Source: Chlorokybus atmophyticus
Lineage: Eukaryota; Plantae; Mesostigma and Chlorokybus algae
DNA length: 64,000 bases
Direction of reading: 5' to 3'
NCBI GenBank assembly: GCA_009103225.1
Contig: RHPI01003369.1
Location: forward strand, 1,702,017 to 1,766,016
This document shows, piece by piece, positions 52,566 through 64,000 of the stretch; position 1 is the first letter of the stretch, and every line of letters begins with the position of its first letter. The translations under genes and the position numbers were made by a program. The notes under the pieces are model-generated. The model was not told the DNA's origin. It worked only from the letters and a program-made list of their open reading frames with translations, and did not search any database.

Positions 52566-54993
52566 TTAACTTATGGCACAGCCGCAACCCTTCTTGAATG
52601 GCTGCACCTCCATATCTTTCTGTAGACGCTCTAACCTGGTTATAATCTCCGCAAATGTGGGTCGCTTGGTGGGGTCGCCATCCCAACATGCCGACACAAG
52701 CTCTTTGCAGCCATCCGGGTAGAATCGGTCAGTAAACTTGGGCCGCAGGTCTTGCGTAGCAGCGCCTTCCGCAACCGTGGCTGCTGTCTGATACTGAAAC
52801 GCTGGGGCGCCTTCAAACAACTCATATAGAATGATACCAAACGAGTAAACATCCACACTTTTGGTGTAAGCCTCGTGTCGGTACACCTCCGGAGCCATGT
52901 ACCGATACGAGCCCGTCTCACCGGTCATCTCGTACTTCTCGTTCAAGTTATTGAATGACAGCAGCTTGCTCAAACCAAAATCAGCAATCTTCAGATGTCC
53001 CGCCTCAGATATCAGCACATTCCTCGGCTTCAAATCTCTATGAACAATGGCTTCTGGTTTCCGCATGTGCAGGTAGTTCATCCCCCTGTGGCAAACCATT
53101 TGTCCGCACACAAGCCTATGGCACACACACACATGCAACATGAGATACAAAACGTACTTGGAGATGTCCAGTGCGTAATGAAAGACGTCCGCCCTAGGTA
53201 ATCTTTGCCGGAACATGATATCATGCAAATTGCCCTGCAACACGCACAACACAATTCAGCAAGAGCACACCACAGAGCACTTCAAGGATGCACGTGCATA
53301 ACATACCCGAGGCAAGAACTCCGTCACAATCATCAACGGGTAACCAGGCTTCGAGCAGGCGCCTAAAAACTGGACAATATGCGGATGCTGCAGTTTCGGC
53401 AACAATGCAATTTCGTCGCGGAACTCCTGCGTGGCAACTATGTCTGTCTCCAGCGTCTGCAGCATCTTTTTCACGGCAACCTCTGTTCCTCGCCATTGCA
53501 CTTTCCATATCTCGCCAAACGCGCCCGTGCCAACCAGCTTCCCAGCAGACAGATCTAATTCAGTGGGATCGATCTCCCACTCCTGGCTCGGATCTACCCG
53601 TGGCATGTTTATTGACTTGGGTGACGCATGTCTGCTTGCACTCTACCCACAACAAAACACAAAGTGAGCACTTCAACAGGTGACCTAACAGGAGCATCTC
53701 ATCCAAACTGGTTCAACATGCACACAACCCAATGCAATGAACATACCGAAGTTCGGGCGCCAGCATTTCGCAGCATCAATGCAACTTCCACATGGCCGAA
53801 TGTGACAGCATCCGACAGCGGCTGCAACAAACCCACAGTAATGCTTTGCAATTAGAGACGTCCAACTGAAATCCTCGCCAGATCTGTTTTGCAGCTATTA
53901 AGCCCGCAGATGCACTTGCTCACGGTACACAATTGCCCTGTGCGCACACTCGTGTGCTTTAATGCGACACTGCATGCAGCAGTACGATTGTGGTTGACAA
54001 GGCCGTACTTCAAAGACACAACAAATGCAGAACTATATGTATGCTTCAGCCCCGCGACTGGATGACTGCTTTGACGACTGACAAACACACGCTAGTTACT
54101 CATCTACACGAGCACCCTGCATGCCATACGCGCATGCAAGACGTTGTGCACATGCATCCATACCGTTCCACCCCATCGGTCGACCGCATTGACTCGTGCC
54201 CCAGCGGCAAGCAAAAGCTCCACAATACTCTTTTTGCCCTCTGACGCAGCCAGGTGCAACGGAGTGCGGCCATCATAATCCGCACCGTTCACATCCGCGC
54301 CCTCGTCAACAAGCGCTTTTACCTACACTACAATGTGTCAGTGCTGTGGCGTTAGTGCACACAAAGCTGCATGATTTTCATTGCCACGACAATGGCGGTT
54401 TTAGTGTCAGCATAACCTCTCTTCGCTACAATGTGTCAACGCTAACGCTTCAGCGCTATACAAAAAATCTGTCAACATCCAACAATGCACTGGTGACTGG
54501 TGATGTTGACTGCTGTCTTCTGTAGTTTCTGTTTCGTGCAATGAACGAGCAAACCCTCTTGCAAGTGCATCTCCATTACCCATGAAAGTTACAAGCAATG
54601 CCAACCAGGTGATGCCTGATGTGTAAAAGATGCTCAACTGCAATGCAGCTTGATAAGGGACAGCATGGTCTAAAACTACAGTGCAAGTGCTCGGAGCACC
54701 TGCTTGTAGTTGCCTTTGCCAGCTAGAAACAGCAGCTTTGTGATGCTGTCCATCGTCTTGGGGATGTCAGCTTCTAGGCTGCTGGCGAGGTCGGCGTGCG
54801 GGGGAGGCTTGGGAGCCCTATTGACTATATTTATGGGCTGCGGAGGCGTTGGGGCAGGAGGTTCTCCCCCAAGCCTCGGCAGCGCTGCGGCGGCGACCGA
54901 TGACGGCACCAGAGAGCGCATGGAAGAGTTAGGCTCGTGGCCTGCTGCTGCCCCATGCAGCTGAGCGCCGCCGCGTGCGTCGCCGTTCTGCAT
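52566..54993 (-). CDS. ILK: Ankyrin-repeat Raf-like protein kinase (integrin-linked kinase/VIK family), 6 exons
   Basis: [38 protein letters not shown]|PLSDA; [46 protein letters not shown]; ends KKGCGCAIS*. Confidence 0.92.
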
Positions 54994-55035
54994 GGCTGCC
55001 AGCTGGCAAGCAGCTGAATGCCTCAATGCGGCGGC

Positions 55036-55045
55036 AAAACCCTAA
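55036..55045. promoter_or_regulatory. Telo-box upstream of the ILK ATG
   Basis: aaaaccctaa about 45 bp from ATG 54993. Confidence 0.45.
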
Positions 55046-56994
55046 CTCTGGCCTTACTGGTTGGCTGAGCACTTCAGGACGGCCGGCCGGGGTCCCGCCT
55101 CCTCCGCCAGCGCATCCTAGCTAGACCAATGCTGCCCCACACCCAGCAGGTGATTGGCCACGTCGCCGCCGGCGCCCTCCTCCCTCTCCTCCTCGCCCAG
55201 CACGAGCACGCCCACCAGGTGGAGCTTGGCTCCACCTGCGCTCCCTCCGCCAGCAAACTCCTCTCTCCTCCACCGCTGCCTGGCAAAGCAGCCCCCTTCC
55301 ACACCCACCCGCACAAGCGTCGTCAGCTCTCCATCGCCCACAGCACCTAACTCCACGCCGCCGCCACCACCGCCCTTGCCGCCGCCGTCGTTAGCGCCGA
55401 CGGTATCTTTCTGCGAATACGCACCAGAAAGTTACCTCCGTATCTTGCTACTGTAAAGCAACAAATGTAATCTCAACTGGTTGCGCAGGTCTCATACGTT
55501 AGGATGGATGGCCGTCGTGAAGACGTGCACATGATGTGCAGCGTACAGTGTTTCGAATACGGCAAATTGGTCGGGACGTTAATCTGGCTTGCGGTACACA
55601 CGCCGTGACAAAAACGTACGGTACCGGCACTCCAGCCATTGGCGTAGACAAGCTCGTGTCGGAAAGGGCAGGCACCTGACCAGACGACAAGAATGGCCAT
55701 CATTCTCTATATACACTTGTTGCAGACATGCAGTCTTAGCGGACTTACTGCAGGCCCTACGGTGGTATGTGACATGCACAGCATATGTCAACATGTGGGC
55801 ACCATGCCTTTCAAGTTGTAATAACAAACGCGCACCCGCTGTTTTGATGTTGCGCACATCAAAGTCACAACTTTACGCACACGGCACACCCACAGACGTG
55901 AGCGTGCACGTGTTTGGCGTACGGAGCGTGTACGACAATCGAGAGGACGGTGCTTGCGCGTCACGCCCGTGCAACAACAGTTTGACGACTTGTCTTTGGA
56001 TATCTGATGCTTACGATGTGTTTTAAAAGTAAATAAATATATCCAGCTATATACGGCACTTATACATAAACATCCGTGTGAAAAAGCAAAAGTTATCTAA
56101 TGTTAAATTGAATTGTCCTTATGCATTCTTGAACATTAAAACTCTTGATTTGTTCATGTTATGTTCGCAAACATGGTTGGTCAAACACATCTTTGCTTTC
56201 GCCACCTTTTTTTATGATTTCAATGCTATATTTATTAACATGTAACCCCGTGCTTAATTAATTCGTAAGCCATTTTCAAGTTAAAGCCCCATGCAAAAGC
56301 AAACATTTTAAGCTTGAACAGTTGGTTTGAAAAAACATCTTGCATTATGCAATGCCATACACTCAGCCATTTTTATAGCTCAAGCAGTTACCATGAAATT
56401 TCATATCCGATATAAAAAGATATGGCATAGTCTGTTAGCGCGAATTTCAAACGAAACTGGGAGCATAAGTGTACACCCTATCACAGGCACAGACGGGCCT
56501 CACAGTGATTTGCCCACAACGGGCTGATTATCATATATGATTACGCTTTGATAGCGCAAGCATATTAGTAAGCTTTATAACACCCATTAAAAATGTCTGA
56601 ATACTTTTGCGTGCAATAAAACTATTTGAAGGTGACATCATCTGTGCGGTTTGACTTTTGTACTAACTTATTATGACATTAAAATTGGTATTGACAATAT
56701 CTCTATGCAGCAACACTGTTCATTGATAAGCACATGATGTATACAATGAAACTTCTAAAACGGATGCAAGGTTGCTAACGGACAGTGTAATAGAAAAGAT
56801 TAAAGCACATGGTCACAAGACATGCACCTTATAATTTCAGTGTAATGCAACCTTGTAGCGCCGTCGCTATAGCTAATGATTGAGGGCGTGTATTGATTTT
56901 TGAGAGTGATTTTTTACTGCAGAGACCAAGCTGTCAGGTAGTGGCTCACACTATGCACAATCTTTGTGCAATCTCAATCATAGCCGCGGCATTT

Positions 56995-57870
56995 CTAGCA
57001 GCTGGCAATGGCGCTATGGTGCCCATAATGGGGCACAGCCATTGCGAGCGATGAATGCAATCAGCTATTACATTAATTGCTAGCAACGACCTCCGTGGTT
57101 AGCGACCACCGTGCCACCTTGTGGCACAAGGCGGGCAAGCCACTGTCTATTGCATTCACCAAGACGTCTCAAAGGATGGTCACCCGTGGCTCACACGATG
57201 CTATCAATCAATTCATAGGCTATTGCATTTATTGCTAGCAACGTTAACAGCCTGTGTAGTTGACAACAACACAGAGCGGGCAAGCCACTGCCTACTGCAT
57301 TCACCAAGCTGTGTCAGAGGATGGTCACCAGTGGCTCACGATGCACACACATGCAGCAGCTGCAAACCCCATAACGCCATTGCCAGCGGCCAGCAACGAC
57401 ACTAATAGCCCCATAGCATGGGGCTATTGCATTGCATTAATTGCTAGCAACGGCCTCTATGGTTGGCAACCATAAAGCGCGGGCAAGCTAGTGTCTATCG
57501 TAATTCATCAAGCTCTTTCAGTGGCTGCTCACTAGTGGCTGATTTTATGCACACACATACAGCAAAGCAAACCCCATAGCGCTCAGCGGCGAGCAATGGC
57601 GCTATGGGCTATTGCATTGCATTGATTGCTTGCAACGGCCTTTGTGGGTTGCAACCACGCAGGGCGGGAAAGCCATTGTCTAACACATTGACAAAGCCGC
57701 TCAGCGGCTAGCAATGACGCTATAGGGCTATTGCATTGCATTGCATTGGTTCTCAGCAATGGCCTTTGTAGTTTGCAACCACGCAGAGCGGGGAAGCCAC
57801 TTTCTGATACATTTACCAAGCCGTCTCAGTGGCTCACATAATGCACACACAAACAGCAGCAGCACACAGG
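56995..57870. repeat. Degenerate tandem array, 5 units of ~120-200 bp
   Basis: Unit starts (g)gctattgcatt at ~57064, 57218, 57421, 57606 and 57725, each followed by attgctagcaacg..ggttgcaacca..gcgggcaagccactgtcta..cattcaccaag. Confidence 0.85.
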
Positions 57871-58255
57871 CTAAAGTTGAATGAAAGCGTATGCAATACA
57901 TATTTACATATTTGCATGATTAAAGTGGCATAGCTAAGTGCATGCGAATGAGCTTGGCTATAGCAGGCAGAGGCTGGTTGAAGCAAGGAAGCAATCGAAC
58001 AAAAAAGCATAATGGTGATCATTACTGTCTTACCAATAAGTGCTTTTGGTGGAGTCCCGTAATGAAGATGATAGGCTTGATTGATTATTTGAGGTGTCAA
58101 TGAGAAAATCTAAACCACTTTCGAGAAACATCCATTGCACAGCCGTCGCACTATTATATTGATCGGTTTGTATACAATGGATTGTGGCCCACCATAACGG
58201 CACCAACAAAACGGCGTGGCCACGGCGACAACAGTATAGCAACACCTTCGCAACA

Positions 58256-58427
58256 TAGTCCATGCTCACATACACAACTTTACCGCCGCACACAGACCGA
58301 AAAGCCTCCATCCTAGTTTATTTGGAAGATTTGGCGAAAATAGTCCATACTCACATACTCAAATTCACCGCCGCACACAGACCGACTCAGCCTCCATCTC
58401 AAATGATTTTGAAAGATTTGGCGAAAA
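58256..58427. repeat. Tandem dimer of an ~86-bp unit
   Basis: tagtccat.ctcacatac...accgccgcacacagaccga..agcctccatc...aagatttggcgaaaa at 58256-58340 and 58341-58427. Confidence 0.85.
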
Positions 58428-59651
58428 GGTGTAGTGGATTGAGTGACGGTCTCGGAAGTCCGGGTCCCGCGGGGTTATCCAGGATCCGCATTCAAGCCCG
58501 TTTTCCCCCCACTGCCAAGGGCGGTAAGTTTGCGCTGCTCGGTTCCCCGCCTCGCGCGGTGCCCTACTCTCCAACGGCCGCGAGAGCTCCGATTCCCCAG
58601 AGCCCCCGCTGCACATGACCCCCAGCTTGGAGCGGGCAGGCCTTCGGCACGCAGACCTGGGCCCCACGGGTCGGACCCCAATCCGACGTCACTCGTTAGC
58701 CCCGCTCGGGTTACAGAAGAGCGCTACCCCTTCCACACGGTCAGAGTCGTTTACGGGAGGTGGTCTTGGCGGCATGAACGGGTGCTTGCGAGACGGCTGC
58801 GCCGAGAGGCAGAGCCGCGGTCGTTTGATCGTGTGCTGCGGCATCGGACGGCGACAGCAGGCAGCGGCTGAAAAGATGGATGCTCTATTGGAATGGTGTG
58901 AGTTGATGTGGTGCTCACTTATCAATGTTATTCCTTCCCCCACCCCCCCGGCCAACATGTGAACTACACTTTTCCGTAATGTCAAGGGGTTGATCAACAT
59001 AAACAAGTAAACAACTACGTATGATTTCTGTTATACCCTATGATAGCGACGCACAATTACAAGCATATAAGCAGTCACATTCCAAGATTGCTGGTACTGC
59101 TCACGTATACGAAGGTTTGATGTATACGAGTTGTTATTATAGTTGTATTTGGTTAATCAGCAAAGATGACATCCAACCACAAGCTCCATGCAACATTGTT
59201 GCTTCAGCACAAATCTTTTCCTATATCCCTTTATGGCCCACTATATTATCGTATACGTTGATTGACACTCACGACGAGCCGATAGCAACATTTTACAAGC
59301 AAACTTCGTGGAATTTAACTTACTCTTGCTCCACGGTAACACAATTGCATTGCACATCATGTTCATGATTACATGTATTATATAAGCTAGCATGATAAGT
59401 GATGTAGCGCATTAATTGCACACTGCACTACCCTGTTACTCTCATATCTAACACTCATTGAGTAAAGGCTTTCCGGTAGCAGGCAAGTATCTTTCACTCG
59501 GCAAGTGAATGCTATCACATCAGCTCATCACATTATTTGCAACGACAATTGGTTGTCATTCGAACACACGTGTTGTGTGTTTATTTACAACTTGACAATG
59601 CGCCCATCACATTGCTGCAAGTGCGTGCATCATACAAGTGTTGCAAAGCCA

Positions 59652-62600
59652 TCACCAAGTCAATACGGCGGAGCCACACAACAGCAATTGGTCCTCCCGC
59701 TCGCGCACCCACGCCAGCACTTTGTTGCTCACTGCAATGGCGTCTAACTGCATACGGCAAAGGCACAACTTTAGCCACAGCAAGCATAACCCACATTACC
59801 CACTATGATAATATCATTGCCAAACATGAACCTTGTCGATGCTGGGCTCAAAGCATACGTAGAGCTCAAACTCCGGCATCAGCCAGGCAAGAACCACTGT
59901 TCAAAGCAGGAAAGTCAAGGACAATCGGTACACCGCCATCAAACGACCTTAGGTTGCATACAATATGGCAAGAAACAACAACAACCACAGCAATCGCCAC
60001 AGCAACAGCAGCAGCAGCAGCAGCAGCAACAACAACAACAACAACAACAACAAAATAAGCAAAGTGTGGACGGACCTGCAAAACTGTCGCGCCTAAAGTG
60101 CGTTCTGTGCGTCGCACTTGTGCTAAAAGCTGACGTGCGTATTGATTGATATGTCCTAAGCACTCTGCAGGAAGTCAAAAGCGTGTGAATAATGAACTCT
60201 CATGCCAGGCACATGCACACCCACTCACCTCTTTCTATCGGATGGTTCACTGAACCAGGGCGGGAACTCTGGGCACACCAGCTGGCGCAGGGACCTGTGG
60301 CGGTACGCGTAGTGGCGCAGCATCCGGGGCGCTTCCCACACATAACCAGGGGTAGAGGGAGGCCTTACAGAATTCGACGGCGCCACCTGTTTTTGAGAAA
60401 TCAACTATCAGAACTGCAGTTGGATCCTAACAACCGCTCAGACGAGCGAAGTCATGTCTGTGTGTGTGTACTTGTGCATACACGTGTGCAAGTGCATGCA
60501 CACGTATATGGGTGCATGACGCGTGTGTGCGCGTGTGCTCTTGATGACCTAACCGGAGTTTGCCTTCAACTTTCACTCTTGTAGCACATCATTGTTTGTG
60601 TTACCCAGCCGCAACCACCAAAGGACACACGCTTACCTGCAGCGAGGATGCAGCCTCTTTCGCTTGCGCTTGGCTCGTAATACTCGACGTGCGCGATATC
60701 GGCCTTGAGGGCCCGTCATAAGCATCCGCAACGCACGGTACATAATCGATACGCAGTGGTCCTTCCTGCAGGGACGCGGCGATATCCTCGAGCAGCTTGT
60801 GTTTCTTCAAGTCGGCTTGAAATCGGCTCCGCGCCTCAGCGAGTTGATAAAAACTGTCTCTGTCTGCTGTGAGAAGGATCAAACAGACTTCCGGCGAGAT
60901 GTAATGAACGTAAGCGTACAGAAAGGCTTTCGGATTGAAGGCCGGCAGGCAAAAGGGTGAGAAGGATTCTGATATGCGGAAGGATTCACTCGCGCATATG
61001 AAGTTGGTAAGTAGGATTATGTCTGACGGCTGTAATGACTGCTTCTTTGGCCGCAATAAAGTTACAACGCTTGAGCCCGCCAGCAGCACGCCGAACATGA
61101 GCCCCGGCAACGCAAGCCGTTGCATCAATATGCCTGCAACAACACCATCAAGCATAAGTCAGACGACACACATGTAAGCCTCTCTGTGCGTGTGCATGCG
61201 CGTGTGCGTGCATTGGATGTGTGCGCGTCTTACTACACCTTGCAATGACAACACACGCGTTCATGCCTATCTCTTGCGACTATGCATGCGCATATGTACT
61301 CTTGTGAAGAACCTGGGCAAATATTCATACTACACATATACCCAGGCAAGCAACCTGACTATGATACACTCTGGTATAGCCACGCCATGCAAGTGCTGAC
61401 ACAACTGCTCAATCGACACAACATGGTCACCCATCTCAAGCAAGCGTGGACCAAGCAACCTTTGCAGCAAAGGCCCCACAACCTCACCGATGGCACGTCG
61501 CACGCCGTGAGGCAGCGGCAGGCACGCAAAGGCGTGTAGTAGTACGGCGGGGTCCGATCCGCACGCGCGTACGAGCGCGGAGAGGACGGGTTCGGTGCCG
61601 CCGAGGAGGCTGCGCATGTCGAAGCCGGAACTGCGCTCGAACACGCGCTCCACGCCGCTCGTTAAGATCGAGATCAACTGACCGTGGATAAGCTCAAGCT
61701 GCGCGGTCAAGGCGCGAGGAGGCTCACCTGAACATGGATGCGGGTATGTGTTTATGTGTGTACATATGTATGCACTGTGTATACATGTGCTGCTCTGCTT
61801 GTGCACAGGCACCCGAGAGTGAGGGTGCTCGCGACTACATGTTGCATTCGCAAACATACACACGCTTGTATGCATCTGCATGTGTACCTGCATGTGAATA
61901 CGTGCGCATGGATGTACACACATATATGCACGTGGCACCTTCGTGACATGCGTACATACCTTATGCAGACGTGATAACCTCTATGCATGCACGCACACAT
62001 ACGCGACTACATGATGTTGCACATGCAGCCACTTGCTGTATGATCGCATCGCTTCAAGGGTGTTTACGCAAATGCACGTGCACTACCACATACGCATGCG
62101 CTCGTGTATCTGTGCACTTACGCACAGAACTATTTGCAAGTGCACACACTGAGATCTGTTTCGGCCCGTGCATCCACACTCGCCTGTTGCTGAGACTGCC
62201 ACGAGGTACAAAGGCCCCCGTGCCAGGAAAACGAAAACGTGCCGGCCGGCTTTGACCCAGTGGATGGTGTCGCCCTGGTCCTGAACAAACGACATGACCG
62301 CCTGCAGGACGGCGGTGAAACCTGCCAGCCTGTTTTCATCGCCATATCTGCAAAGCGACACCAGGTTGGCGTCAATGCAAGCGTGCATGCATGCGTGTGC
62401 AGTTGTGGCAATAACAGGTACCACATCTGTGTCTGTGCAGATTCGAGAGCAGCCACGTGTGTGTAGATGCACATGCACATTGCATGTAAGTGTTTGCATT
62501 CGTAGGAGTGTTCGCGCACGTGTGCCTATGCGTGTGCCTATGTGCTTGTTTGCATGCACGCATATGCGTTCTGGTGCGTACATGCATGTGTGCTTACACC

Positions 62601-63729
62601 GTGCGTGCGCGTATGCGCGTGTGCATGCACGTGTGTGGGTGTGTTTACTCGTGCAGGTGTCGTACACTACCTTGAGAATATTGGTTTGCCTGCATTGCTC
62701 AGCACGAACAGGTGTTTTCGTTTACGCCGCCAAGCCGGAGACGTGTCATCTTCATCCTTATACTTCTTTCCACGAGCCGCACGTGTGGAAAGCGCTCGAC
62801 TTGGGTCATTGAAAACAGCTTCACTTCCCACTCCAACACTTGAATGCAACATGTTGTCTGTCTCGCTATGATGGTTCAGAGGCTCTGCAGGCTCATCCCT
62901 CTTGCTGCCAACATCGTCACTATCGTTGTGGTGATTATGTTCATCTCCATCAGCTGATGTTGGCTCTTCAGGATGTGGGCTTTGGTCGTCTGATATTGAC
63001 AGTGCGTTGGCTAACGCTCGTTCCACAGAAGTCCTCTCATCATCAAAGCTGTGAGCTGAGGTTGAGGGATGCTCTGCACAACAAACAAAACTTCACGACT
63101 ACAGCTATGCTGAATATGCACGCTACGGGTGCATACTATAATATGACCTGACAGCCAGAGCTACTAAGCAAGGAGTCGACAATTACGTATAGCTTATGCA
63201 AACAAGGACACGGACACGCATGCGCGTGCACGCACATGAGCCCCTGCACGTCCATGCGTGCATGCATGCGCATAGGCACAGTTTTGGGGATGCATAACAT
63301 GCCTCTTGACAGCAAATCTAAACAGAAGACAGACACTCTAGGGTTGAGCAACTGCTCAGCAATTATGTACAGTTGAGGTTGGACGTATGAAGCTGCTACT
63401 GCACTGAGATGAGTGAAATGAACAGCCACTACGCACGCTAGGTCAAATTACAATCTGCACACTACAATCAACAACAATTAACGAGGCAATTTAAACACTG
63501 GGAAAGACGCAAGGTTATTATTAGCGGCCAAAAGCTGCTGCACGCAAAAACAAACATTGCATACCACAGGACAGCGTTTTGTATGCATGCTTTACACAAG
63601 CGCTGCCTTTCATTTGGATCGCAAAACAGCTGCATTCACGTGTGTGCGTGACTGGCTTTGGAGATAAGGCACGCACTGACCTTCAACAGCGGCGGTGTCA
63701 TCAACCTCCTCCTGCTGCTCCTCCTCCAT
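59652..63729 (-). CDS. MON1: Vacuolar fusion protein MON1/SAND (Rab7 GEF subunit), 8 exons
   Basis: WRRKRKHLFVLSNAGKPIFSR|YGDENRLAG, GPLYLVAVS, QLELIHGQLISILT, FDMRSLLGGT, ESFSPFCLP, LRHYAYR, VLAWLMPEFELYVCFEP, final exon AIAVSNKVLAWVRERE...LTW* traced manually. Confidence 0.92.
60000..60053. repeat. (CAG)n(CAA)n trinucleotide tract inside a MON1 intron
   Basis: 18 triplets within the intron spanning 59897-60075. Confidence 0.9.
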
Positions 63730-63890
63730 GTGGACACAAAGCCACCCACCGCCGGCCTGTCCTGCCTGCTCCGCCTCTTCCTACTCCTTCTGCTCCTCCT
63801 GCTCCTCCGACTCCTCCTTGTCCTTTTCCGCCGCCCCCACTCAAGCAAGCAGCACAAGCACAGCTACTTCGCCAACAACCGCCTCAGCGA

Positions 63891-63983
63891 CATGCTAAGC
63901 ATGCTGCAAGCCTGCGAGGCGGCGGTGGCGGTAGCGCTGGCGATGGCGATGGGGTCGGCAAGGTGCAGACGGCGGGAAGGAGG
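63891..63983 (+). CDS. Possible first exon of a gene divergent from MON1
   Basis: GC-rich stretch with several in-frame ATGs and a consensus donor G|GTAAGT at 63984; no recognisable domain before the window ends. Confidence 0.25.
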
Positions 63984-64000
63984 GTAAGTGCAGGAGAAGC

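Noticed and set aside
56995-57870. CRISPR-like array
   Set aside because: Eukaryotic context; the repeats are degenerate along their whole length, with no constant repeat plus unique spacer, and there are no cas genes.
59805-60149. Poly-Q ORF (and poly-C or poly-V/A in other frames)
   Set aside because: Antisense to MON1 exons 7-8; the triplet tract lies in the intervening intron.
63730-63840. Acidic in-frame extension upstream of the MON1 ATG
   Set aside because: Interrupted by TAG at 63781-63783 and closed by TGA at 63841-63843 with no ATG; treated as 5' UTR.

Overview
Eukaryotic nuclear DNA, gene-dense and intron-rich, most likely from an early-diverging streptophyte green alga (inference: plastid-targeted genes plus a mevalonate-pathway gene, and plant-type AAACCCTA telo-boxes). 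I can build 13 protein-coding genes by hand: MVD (partial; missing from the ORF track), organellar LeuRS, RBM22, mitoribosomal mS33, starch synthase I, a PDS/ZDS-like flavin oxidoreductase, PPL1, a DIPP-type Nudix hydrolase, an LDL3-type histone demethylase, a conserved K/R-rich protein, SPT subunit LCB1, an ankyrin Raf-like (ILK/VIK) kinase and MON1. Ten of the 13 sit in head-to-head pairs. One complete but inactivated 8.0-kb Ty3/gypsy chromovirus lies at 19432-27432, with both LTRs, an AATAC target-site duplication, PBS, PPT and a chromodomain. The main candidate novelty is an extra domain between its Gag zinc knuckle and protease that resembles a Dam-like N6-adenine methyltransferase (NVPF motif). 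The same element has a ~150-bp-arm fold-back in its leader. Other notable signals: 4 firm and 2 probable GC-AG introns, a CaaX-ending ILK kinase, a 43-bp palindrome in a bidirectional promoter, and a stem-loop-bearing tandem array at ~57 kb. No rRNA, tRNA or CRISPR array was seen. All gene models and family calls are by eye, with no database search; two N gaps and a 504-bp (TC)n tract are unreliable assembly.
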